From contig JAHLWZ010000582.1 in the NCBI GenBank assembly GCA_020536535.1, positions 15,265 through 79,264 of the forward strand: DNA of 64,000 nucleotides, read 5' to 3'. A program made the translations under genes and the position numbers. This DNA comes from Pelomyxa schiedti. Its lineage: Eukaryota; Protista; Evosea. Under the pieces are notes generated by a model. That model was not told the DNA's origin. It saw only the letters and a program-made list of their open reading frames with translations, and did no database searches. Within the stretch, counting starts at the first letter, position 1. The number at the start of each line of letters is the position of its first letter. Shown here in pieces: positions 12,410 through 22,906 of the stretch.

Positions 12410-14375
12410 ATGGATAACTTGGTCCTTTTTACCTTGTGGGAGCTTTGAAGCCGTTGGGTGGGTTTCCCAGGGAAAGGAACGTCAAGGAGGAACTCCAAAA
12501 TGCCGATGGAAGATGTGAATTTATTCAAGTGCTTTCCGCTCCTGTCACATCAAAGACGCCCTTACGGAGCAGTCGCGACTTCCAAAAAAATTGCGAATCT
12601 TGCAGAATGCCCGTCCGGCGTTTGCAAACGTCGTTTTCGCGGTAATGATCATTACTGGTGATGTCGTGAACAATATACTAAAAATGGTGTGAGCCTGTCA
12701 TTGCCGGTCTAGTTATTTTGTGGATGCTCTTAGCTCGTTTGGTTCCTAGTGGTTTGTATGAAAACCATCTTTTTTTTTAGTATGTCATTCATTACCCTAA
12801 CTTTCTGTACAGTGAGGCTGCGGGTTGTTGGGAATTGTATTGTGGCCTGTCAGGTTGCCGGTATTGTGTTCTGTATCTTGTTTGTGGTCATTTACCCCCA
12901 GTCCAACTTGCATGAGGTTTGTGGTATTCTTTTCTTATCTGAAATACTAAGACTACTACAATACTATTAATAGTTTCATGTACAACCATCTCACACAAGA
13001 ATTATAAATTATAAGATAAGGGAACCTTGGGTGATTGTCTTCGCACCACTCCTGATTCTGCCATTGATTATTGGAATCCCTATGCTTTTCTCATCCATTT
13101 CCGACTGTTTTAAGAAAAAGGATGGCAATTTGTGGGTAAGTTCGGAGCCTCGTGGTAATGCAATAATAACTTCCAGTGAGTGTGGGAAATTCTTTGGAGA
13201 CATCATTCGTGGTGTAATATTACTGAGTTTCCTAACCTTAATTGAGAGCTTTCTCATCGTTCTCTTTTTTCACGTTCGGTACTCCTTCAGGATTTTGTAA
13301 AAGCAATTAATGTGCGGAAATAACAGAAACCACGTGCCTACTGAGATTTTCGTCTATGTACCTTTGTGGACTATTTCTTTGGTTTTCCACTGTTGTCTCT
13401 CCTTAGCATTACCTACTTTTTAGTTGTTACTGGTTTATGGGGTATTGTTGCTTCTTCACTGGTCCATGTTGCGTCATCTCCCTCAAAAGACTGTTCCCTT
13501 GAGACCAGTATTTGGAGACCAAAGCAGAATCTCAACAGTAAGCAATTGAAGTATAATCTAAGCTGGTAACATTAAGTGAAGAGAGACTGCAACGAACAGC
13601 CTGTTGCTATCAAGAAACAGCAGGAGTTTACTGTTGGCATTATTTCGATAGTGACTTGTCTCTTTGTTGCAATTTCCGCCACACTTATCTGTCTAAAACG
13701 GTGCTTCACGGAGTCCATTCCATGGTATAGCCATCGCGAAATGATGTAGATAAATAACTCACGTTGTAGGGCTGCAGTTTTCTTGCCCTGGCAGGTAGCA
13801 CTCTCTGCGTAACAGAATTTAATGGCCAAATGAAAAAAAAAAAAAAAGGTGGATACTTGACTTGTTTGCTTTGATATCTGGGGCTGCACTCATTGTCTAC
13901 TCACCAGGCGCCGGCAGTGATGCACTGTTTCCAGTAAGAGAACCCTAATGTGATTACACTACGGACACCTAAGTAATAGAATACAACACGAACCAGACCA
14001 TCCCATCATCTGTTTTGACTCACACATGTTGTACAGATACACCAAGTCTGCCTGTTCGAAGTTGTAGTAGCTGCATTCTCGGCCTTCGAGGTCTCAGTCC
14101 TCCTCTACCTCAAGGACAAGGACGCGACCACCAAGGCCGTCGCCTCGTCCCTCCTCCCGCTGCTCCTCCCACAATCCCAATCCGACCGACATGCAATCTC
14201 AGGAGTCGCCGACGCCGCCGGGACACGGGAGGGCTACGGCGCCGCCATGCTAGTAACGGCTCTGGGCGCCCAGGCTCTGTCTCTGTTGCTGGGCCTCATG
14301 CTTGTGTGCGGGAGAAACAGACACGCCCATGTTTTCTGCAACGGCGCTGAGGATGGACCCGAGCAGGACACGTGA
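12410..14375 (+). CDS. Multi-pass membrane protein of unknown function (multi-exon)
   Basis: Successive hydrophobic exons (IVACQVAGIVFCILFVVIY; IVFAPLLILPLIIGIPML; IILLSFLTLIESFLIVLF; LLSLLSITYFLVVTGLWGIV). The last exon ends AMLVTALGAQALSLLLGLMLVC...EQDT* at 14375. The start is uncertain. Confidence 0.6.
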
Positions 14376-14499
14376 CTTGCTGCGTGCAAGTTGATGGGCC
14401 AAGTTCTAACTTCTTTCTTTCTGTTTTTGTGGCGGTGAAGGGAGAACAAGAAAACAAACCCGCCGGGTGGATTGAGTGAATTGATTTATCTTTTTTTCA

Positions 14500-14645
14500 T
14501 TTGCTAGAAGGCACAGCTGCGCTAATTCACAAGTGTTTATCATCAGGCTGGAAGGTGGGTCACCACCTGCACACCCCCCGTGAAAGGGATTATGGTGTGC
14601 TACCATCACCACACCCGCGGATTAGCACAATGTGCTGCTGGCAAA
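14500..14645 (-). promoter_or_regulatory. SECIS-like element in the 3' UTR of the FrnE selenoprotein gene
   Basis: On the minus strand, helix I GCUAAUCCGCGGGUGU pairs with ACACUUGUGAAUUAGC and extends outward to UUUGC/GCAAA. Core is GUGAU (14609-14605) / UGAU (14545-14542). Helix II GCACACC/GGUGUGC, apical AUAA, mini-stem UCCC/GGGG (form-2-like). Confidence 0.7.
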
Positions 14646-14705
14646 TGTCAAAGGAAACCTCAACTCAGCCCAACGTCATTGTGCAGTACAAGCAGTACAA
14701 CAGCC

Positions 14706-15647
14706 TCACATCAGCAATTGTTTGAATTGCTGCAAAAAGTATGAACTCGGTTGGGCACCAGAGCTCAAACGTGCCCTTGCCTTGTTTCCAGGAGTGTAAA
14801 TAGAAAAGAAGGGAACACCATCCACTCCATCCACTTTGGCTTTCTGATCAAGTGCTGTCACTTCTGTGATGTGGTTGGTGTAGTTAATAATAATAAGGGA
14901 AGATACCAGCTTTGTACTTTGTCGATTTTAAAACAGTAAGTGTGTCCGGAAGCCCGCACTCAGTACCAGCCTCCGCCAATACATTGATATCACTGATATT
15001 CTTTCCCTCTTCGTACAGATATCTAAATAAATTGAGTTCCGCCTTGGTGATTTACCTCCTACCGAAAAAGGATGTTCATTACTTCATCTTCCTTGCCATT
15101 GTCTGCAGCATAAAGGGACAGTCGGTGAGCATGAAAAGTGTTGGGCCACCATGTCCTGGAGGAGTGAAGATAAGAAAAAAATCATAAGGCCAAAGAAAAC
15201 CACACCAGTTGGAGAAATTGGCACCGTCAGCTCTGCCCATGTCCCTCATTGAGTAAGTCCAACCATCACCGCCCCACCGCCTCCGGTTGTAGGCCATATA
15301 TTCTTCTCCATTAGGCTTTGTTCCCGTGTCAATCATGAACGGAAACCATTTCACCTAAAACAGAAAATAAGACAATCACCAAATGGCACATAGAAGAGCC
15401 AGTGTTGGGATACATAAATTAGAGAATAAATGGTGCATAGTAACATTTTCAATTAAAAAGGAGAAGTACCCTAATGGATGCTGTAGGGTGCAGCGCTTTT
15501 GCTTTTGCAATGGCTGCATCCAGTCGCACTTTGGCGACGTAACACCAAGGTCAGGCTGCGAATGGTAAATACGTTACGAAAAAAGCATACAGCCCACATA
15601 CCAAGATCCGAGATGACGTCCACTTGAACGACTTTATTCGCTGCCAT
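14706..15647 (-). CDS. FrnE/DsbA-family (2-hydroxychromene-2-carboxylate isomerase-like) thioredoxin-fold selenoprotein with a UxxC active site
   Basis: Removing the 46-nt intron 15556-15601 gives MAANKVVQVDVISDLA-TGA(15551-15553)-PWCYVAKVRLDAAI. Later exons give VKWFPFMID, WPNTFHAHRL, YEEGKNISD and GVDGVPFFSI..SGAQP (cis-Pro loop). Stop TGA at 14706. A SECIS-like hairpin follows. Confidence 0.88.
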
Positions 15648-16225
15648 TACGTTCTGCAACCACCAGCCACGAAGTTTCCTTTTGTTTCTTTTAATTGGAT
15701 CTACAAAGCAACTGCCCATCTGGAAACAGCGGAATCTCGGTCCTTGGAGGAGAGCCGAGATTTCCGTTCTGAGAGATCAACGGGGAGCAGTGGGGCTGGG
15801 CCTAAAGTGCCAAAACACGCTCTCTCGGCCGGGGATTGGTGTAGAGGGATTGTTCTTTGAAAATGCCGGGGATGAACTGTGGTTCTCGGTGGCTCGCTTC
15901 AGGAAAAAGAGTTTTTCGCTCAAACTTTTTTTGTTTGAAACTTCTTTTTAAGATTAATTAGGGAAGTTAACGCCCGCCATTAGCTGCGGCCCTACTACAG
16001 TAGCATTAGTGCATTATTAATACCACACCCGCATACTGTTGTCCGGTACAAACAAGGTGCTGTTGAGATCTCGTTGTAGTTACCGAGCGAGGTGTCGGAA
16101 CAAACATTTGCAAGTACTAGTCAAATAAACGCGTACAGTTGGGACATTGTTGTCGTCGTGGTATGTGACAACAAAGCCAAATAAAACGACCATCTAAAAC
16201 AAAAGCAAACAGAAACCGCTCAAAC

Positions 16226-17334
16226 ATGGGACAGTGCGTCCCTAAGCACGACAAAAAGAAGCGCGATGCGCCCTCGCCTTCTTCGTCACACAGCTCCACG
16301 CCAGCTGATTCTCCTGCTGTTGGTGTGGGGGCAACATCGGTCGCTACATCAACGGGGGTTGAATTAGCTCCTAAACATGACCCACATGACAAAAGAAAGT
16401 ACCTCTCCACCCTAGTAAAGATGTTTGCTCTGGCCTTCATTTTTACACCTTTATGCAGGTCCAAAGCACCTGTGTGGTCCAAAAAAAAAGCGGAGGACTT
16501 CTTTGAACATTACAAAGGTCCTGACTCTACAATGGGTCCCGATCAGATTGTAACATTATGTAACGATTTGGCCATTCAGCCTGAAGATGTACTTCTTTCT
16601 CCCTTGCATTGTTTCTTTCTCACTTCCATCAGGTAGTACTACTTGTAATAGCCTGGTATTGCAGTGCGAGGACTATGGGCGTGTTTACTCATGACGAGTT
16701 CATTGCGGGTCTGCAAAAATTAGAGTGAGTTATCCACAAGAGAAGCGTAATGTCTAATCCCAACCAGAATTGATAGTCTTGTCTCTCTGAAAGCTAAATT
16801 GAAGCAGCTTAGACAGCAACTTGACCAGCCTGCAGTATTCAAGGATGTCTTTAGATTCACTTTCTTATTTTATCGTGGAGAGGACACGAAAGTGCTGGGT
16901 AAAAATCTCCCCTTTCCTTTCCTTCAATTCTGATTTTTCTAGATTTGGGCACAGCAGATTCCATTCTTGGCCTTTTAATGGAGAACCGGAATGATATTAC
17001 TCCTTGGTTCCAGGAGTACCTGAAGCAAGTAAGTTAGGTTGTTCACAAACATGGTCATACTTACTCTTTGTCAAGCAAACTGCCTACAAGGCTCTTAATC
17101 TTGATCAATGGATGAGCTTCTACGAGCTCTCTCTTACCCTACACCAAGACCTCTCGGGCTATGATCCCGACGGAGCTTGTAAGACCAACACCATTCATAA
17201 GTCATCCAAATCCCACTCACCAAAATTTAGGGCCAGTGTTGCTTGATGATTTTGTTGATTGGTGCAGGATCAACAAGAAGTCTTCTTCCACAGGGCACAG
17301 CCACACCAGCACAATTACTTCTGTGGATTTGTAA
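16226..17334 (+). CDS. DCN1: DCN1-like cullin neddylation factor (PONY domain) with an N-terminal MGQC acylation motif (DCUN1D3-like)
   Basis: LCNDLAIQPED, MGVFTHDEFIAGL, FKDVFRFTF, LNLDQWMSFYE, YDPDGAWPVLLDDFVDW; starts MGQC. Confidence 0.93.
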
Positions 17335-17557
17335 AAAAACACAGCTCCTCGTGTCTATTGAATGTACAATCTAGAGGCATTTTTATTGTGATCCAAAATT
17401 TTTTTTGTTTGGAAAAAAATAAAATGACGACTTTTTTGTTATCCTTGAATTCCAAAACGACAAGAACCGTACTAACAATGAGTACTTCAAGACTCTGTGT
17501 GCCCTGAAGGAGGAAGATGCAACATAAATTTGTGGGTGAGAGGCGAAAAGGAGTAAA

Positions 17558-18223
17558 ATGGAGGCACAAGTTCCCCGCAACAGCTTGGAAAGGCATTCGT
17601 TCTTCCGTACGGCTAAGAATAGGTTCAAGCTTGAGAAGGCCGAGCAGCGTGCGCAGTACCGCTTTCTGAAGGTTCTTGCAGTTTTGGGCTGAGGGGTGTT
17701 TGTTCTAAGTTGGGGATTACTGTAGATGCAATATGGGCTAAAGAAGCAAGAGTACGCACTGAACAAGAAGCTCACGGGGCTTAGGGTGAGGTGGAAGGAG
17801 CCAAACCTTGGACCTTTGGAGCGAAGGTCGAGGGTGGACCAACTGACTGCTCCCCAGAGCCAAGAAGTATGAATTTGACACTGATATAACATATTGGCAA
17901 TGATATGAAATGGATAGAATATCCTGCAGTAATGAGCTGAAATGACTTATTCCTGCTTTACCAACAGTTGCAACGTATGAAGCAAGACCTGCAGGCTAAG
18001 AAGAGAGAGACAAAAGAGAACGTGTCGCGCTTCCACAGAATATTCAAGAGTATGCCTAATACATTCTTTGTGAAACAATTTTACTCATTTTTACGCAGAT
18101 GACAAGAAGGTGCTGAAAGGCAAGATTGTTGACACCAACAAGGGTGGCACAGCGACGACATCTGCCGCATCCGGGATCTCTCCTTCTACCATACAACCCA
18201 CAGCGCCGGTCTACAGCATCTGA
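17558..18223 (+). CDS. Small basic hypothetical protein (multi-exon)
   Basis: GT-AG-bounded exons read ...KAEQRAQYRFLK, MQYGLKKQEYALNKKL, LQRMKQDLQAKKRETKENVSRFHRIFK, DKKVLKGKIVD...PVYSI*. The start and middle exon phases are uncertain. Confidence 0.45.
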
Positions 18224-18367
18224 TTTTGTTACTGTTCTGTCTGTCTTGAAACTTTCTGCAATTTGGTTGTTTGATGGCCGTTCCCTGCTTCTGTGTTGTT
18301 GCATTTTTTGTTATTATCCTTTTGGTAGTAGGGCGCTGTAAGTGAAGGGAACCGAGATCTCGTGCAG

Positions 18368-21115
18368 ATGTTGAAACATAGGGGAAAGGAGAAGTTCCGC
18401 ATTGAGTTCACGGTTACCGTGCAAAAGGTCGCTGGTTGTTGGTTATTGCCTCCCTCTGACTTTTTTCTTTTTTTACCCGTGCAGCTCATTGGAATGCGTG
18501 ATTACCCTTCTTCAGTTGTGTTCTTGTCATGGCGAAGAGGTTTTTTTTTTTTGCCCATGAAACACAATAAATCCCAGAGTTTTCGTTCCCTAACTTGTGG
18601 AGGGAGCAAGAAGAAGACCGGTACTACGAAATTAGTTAAAGTGACACCACCTCCTGGTGAGGATACTCCTTTCAACGAAAAGATTTCCTTTTCTTGCACT
18701 ATGTTTAAAGACCAGTCAACAAAGCAGTATGACTCTAAACAAATGAGCATAACACGTAAGAACACACTGAGTGCAGACTAGTTTATTTAACACTCTCTTT
18801 GATTTAGTAAAAGAAGTTACAAAGAAGTCCCCCAAGCACATTGGCAAATTAAGATTGAACTTGGCCACTTATGCAATGAATCCTGCTGGCACAAGCACCA
18901 CAACAACACAGTCCACTCCTTTTGTTTTTGAAAGGAAAAAGGAACTAAGCTCCTCAAAGCCAACTGTGTATGTATGTAGATTAAGCTTCTCTATCATAAG
19001 TTGTCCTTCATAACCACCTCTCTAGCTTTCTTTTGTGGCAACACCACTTAAATATGGAAATCATAGTATTGCCAAGTGAGGCTCCTTTACAATTTGTTCC
19101 TTGTCACTGTTGCACTTTTTAGGCTTGACAGTGAGGCTGGACCCCGACCAGGCCTCATGATCAAGGACATTGAAGGGACCCTATACAGTCTTGAGGCATC
19201 CTCTGCCAAGTCTGACACAAGTATAGACTCTGCCAGTGTTGCCTCAGATGTTGATGTTCGTATTTACTTAAACGAGTAGTGTAAGCTAAGATTCACAGCT
19301 AGAGGCTGAAAAGGACCTAACTCTTGACACCCCTACGGATATCTCTCCCGAAGTTCAAGCTTTACAGGAAGAACTTGAAGTAATGACAAACTTTTTGAGA
19401 GTATAAGCTCAACATTTTTCATAAAAAAGATGGTCAGACTGGAGAGCTTCGAAAAGTTGAATAGAATAAAGGAACAGGATGCTGAGCTGCAAGAACTAAG
19501 AGGCAATTTTGCAAGCACACAGAATTCCTATCAGATACTGGTAAATAATTCTTTCCATATTAGATTGGCTCTGCTGACCCACTTTAGTGGCAAAATACAA
19601 CGAAGCTATTGAAACAAGCTGATGTAGAATTGAGAAAATTTACATCAAATCCTCCCGATTTCCAGCAAAAGTTACAACAAATGGTTTAGTATTTGATACA
19701 TTTATTCAGCTCAGCTTTCATTAGATGGCCAAATCGGCACCGCTTACATCCAGTACCACTTCCACAACATCAACATCAACCTCCACCACGACATCTTCGA
19801 CAGTAAACAGAGAGGTTACTTCCACATAAATGTATTTTTTTTTGGCTCAATAAAAATATACAGGTGAGCCGTGAATCTTCGTTTATTGAACAGCAAATAT
19901 ATCTTGCACCAGTTCAATTTGAGCCAGATTCTGGGACACCTGTTACCGCGAAATCTGTAAAATTCCTGTCCTCTCCAATTTACACTATAACTATTCCCCT
20001 TGTAGATCATGAGTCAACTGGAGGTATGGAAGTGTTTTTCATCTCCACTTTCGGCGACTCGTAACTTCTTTGATCGAATTTGTGGTGCAATTGAAACTGT
20101 CTGCAATGTACATTTCTAGTTTGTAATGAACCTGCCTTCTCAATACTCAACCAAACTTTCTTGCTACAGCAAAAACCTGGCCTTCCACGGATGTGTTATT
20201 GGTTATCTGTAACCTATGGCCTAATTACCCTGTGTCGGGACCGTATGTTACGAAATGCAGACGAGAAACCAACATTATGTGGCTTCGAGCAAGCTCTGAC
20301 GAAAACTGGCTTCATTGTCTACTCTACTGTTGTTGCCCATATCACAGGGGTAAGAAACATTTATCCGGGTACCCTTTTCTCACTGCATGAATAGAAATTG
20401 CAGTTATATCTCGTTTCAGCTTTACTGCAGGAACGACAAGAAGAAATGTACCTGGCAGTACAACTTCTTTCCATTATTTCTGACTACCATTAGTGCCACA
20501 AGACTTCTTCAGTCAGTTCCCCGAGTTTCAACAGTGTTTGGGGTTTTGGACAGAAGCCTTTTTACGTTACGAGGAAGTAGGGTACCTGAACCCGTGGTTC
20601 AACAATTTTTCACACAGATTTTTTACTTCATCTCTGCTCATCTCTTTAACCATGTTGCATGCAATGAGTAGTGTGACGTAGTTATGGTGCTCTATTAACA
20701 TTCTTTAGAATTTCTGTACCTCTTAACACTGGGCTCGCTTTACAACTAGCAGTAACGAGATTAGAGGAATGGGCAACAAAAAATAACCTTACCAACACAA
20801 TGTAGCGTTAGCCATTTCCATTCGCACTATGTCTCACTACCTCTCAGGGGACAGCTCGAGCCTCTGACTGAAACAGCAACGGTGCTAGTATCGGTACTTT
20901 CTGACAATGCTCTGCTTGCGCATTCTTGTCAGGCCCTTTCCGTCGCTCAGCTTAAGCACTTAATACTGACCCTGACACCAGACATGTACTTTTTCATCTC
21001 TTTCTTCCCTTTACCTTCTTACACTACAAACAGAAGCCCAACACTCGCCACCAAGCTGAAAATCAGTGATGATATCAAATTCAATGAGACACTTATTCAC
21101 CCTGTTTCCTTTTGA
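18368..21115 (+). CDS. NT-C2 (EEIG1/EHBP1-type) + coiled coil + DIL (dilute) domain protein
   Basis: N-terminus FRIEFTVTVQK..VFLSWRRGSKKKTG..FNEKISFSCTMFKD..IGKLRLNLATYA. C-terminus CYWLS, VPEPVVQQFFTQIFYFISAHLFN, LEEWA, QLEPL, CQALSVAQLKHL. Confidence 0.8.
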
Positions 21116-21185
21116 TGAGCCTTGTTGGGCTGGGAACATACCACACAAAACAATAAATACAGAAGAAAGTGGGTAAATTTTGAGT

Positions 21186-22700
21186 TTAATTTTTAGAAGG
21201 GTTTGCAATACTTGTGTTTTGGTCTTGCAACTGCTGTAATGAGGCAGTTTCTGGCCTTGATCTTCTTCTGAAGGCTACCCCTTTTCCCAGTCCCAGAATT
21301 TCACGTTGTGTAGCTGTTAGTGGAAGAGAGGCTATTGGTGTTGTTGTTGTTACTGGAGGTAGTGGTGTTTGAGGGCTGGGCAGGGTGTGTGGCTCTTGTG
21401 GAATTGGAACGGGAATGGAAGATGGAACTGGACTGGTGTGTGGGGCAATTGTTGGGGATTCTGTGCTGGTGAGTGCAGGAGTTCTTATTGTGTTGGGGGC
21501 TGTGGCATTGTCATCAGTGGGGGATGTGAGCATCTTGGGTTTTTTTTTGTGGTGATGCTTGCGTTTTTTCCTCCTGTGCTTACCTCTCTTACCCTCTTTT
21601 GCCGGAGCTTTTGCAGGGGACGACCGTGAAGGCGGTGGGGCACAGGCGGTTGATGGCGTGGATGAACTCATAGGCACTGTGGTTATTTTGGCGTGCTTTG
21701 TGGGAGGGTCTACTTCTTGTAGTGAGTGTGCCCGTATTTTTGGTAATGGTTGAGGGATCCAAAGTGGATATGCTTTTGTGTAGCTCTTGGCGTAAGTAAC
21801 AACAGCTTGCACAAGGTTATCAACACCTTGGGTAATAACAGCATCTTCACTAATGCATGTCCTGTCACGCTTCAGACCAAGTTAGGGAGGAAAATATGTC
21901 ACAGACTTACTTTAATACCAACAGTAAAAGAGTGGTTAGTGCCTACAATGGTCCCAAGTGTCGAGCTATTTGTGCCCAAAAGGCATATAGGAACACCTGC
22001 CATATTTGCCATTAAAGGGAGGTGCATCACAGCCATGCGTGACACTGTATAAGACATTATTGTAGGAAATATGTTTTGGAACACACTTTCTGAGGTTTCA
22101 GATATCATAAGGCATTCCATAATTGAATTCTCTTTACCCAGTAAGTGTTTCAATGGAAGAGCACTCAAACAAAGCTACACCATACTTTGTTCATGTTGCA
22201 TACAATCTTCAAGTGCTTCAGTTACTCTGTTCACACCCAGTAGCAGACATTTTTTTAGCATTCTCCATTTCTGTGAAGATGAAAAACAACAAATAGAGTT
22301 AAGCGTTTACATGTACTTTTTTTTTAAAAAAAATTACTGTTCGTTTAGTACGGTCATTAACAACTGCAAGCACACATACAGGTTTAGAAATGCGGTCTCC
22401 TGATGGGAGGAAACACAGCCCCACCAACCGTCTTAGAACGTTGGTTGACATTGGGCCAGCCTTCTCTACTGGAACAGATTGAACCCTGAAGATGTTTACT
22501 GTTGAGAACTAATTCCAAAACATTGAAGGAAACACCCAACAAGAAGGTAGTAAGAGCAAAAAATAGAAGAAACAAACCAAGGAGTGAAAAAATCGAAGTG
22601 AGAAGTATCCACCTCCCATAAGGCGTGCTTGTCGTGCAGAGCCTGCTTCTTCTTCAGCGCCTCCAACATTTCTTCTCATCACCTGATGAAATTAATTATT
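21186..22700 (-). CDS. L7Ae/L30e-family RNA-binding protein, most like RNase P/MRP subunit Rpp38/Pop3, with a K/H- and P/T-rich tail
   Basis: LLLGVNRVTEALE ... HLPLMANMAGVPICLL..STLGTIVG..TVGIK matches the Rpp38-type L7Ae pattern. The 5' end is uncertain. Confidence 0.65.
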
Positions 22701-22906
22701 GCTCTAAGAGATTTGGTCCACCAATTGAGAACAAGAGCCTCTCAAATGATTATCCCAAGGAACCACAACCTCTTTTTTTGCTTTCCACTCTTCTGACTCC
22801 CAGACTGCTGAGGATGAACCCGAATCCACAAGAATCCCCTGGTTTCGTTTCTTCGAACAGGAACAACAAAAGTTGGCACCGTTTACCGGACACCCCACAG
22901 CAAAAA

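Noticed and set aside
13890-14375. GC-rich stretch as an ncRNA or independent minus-strand gene
   Set aside because: It reads cleanly as the last exons of the plus-strand membrane-protein gene ending at 14375.
15551-15553. TGA as a pseudogenising stop or as general UGA reassignment
   Set aside because: It sits exactly at the catalytic Cys, the rest of the gene is intact and a SECIS-like hairpin follows. TGA also serves as a normal stop in this gene (14706) and others (14375, 30396, 34366).
21899-22270. L7Ae protein as SECIS-binding protein SBP2, given the nearby selenoprotein
   Set aside because: GVNRVTEALE..HLPL fits Rpp38. SBP2-type GLRE..K and the upstream K-rich SID region are not seen.
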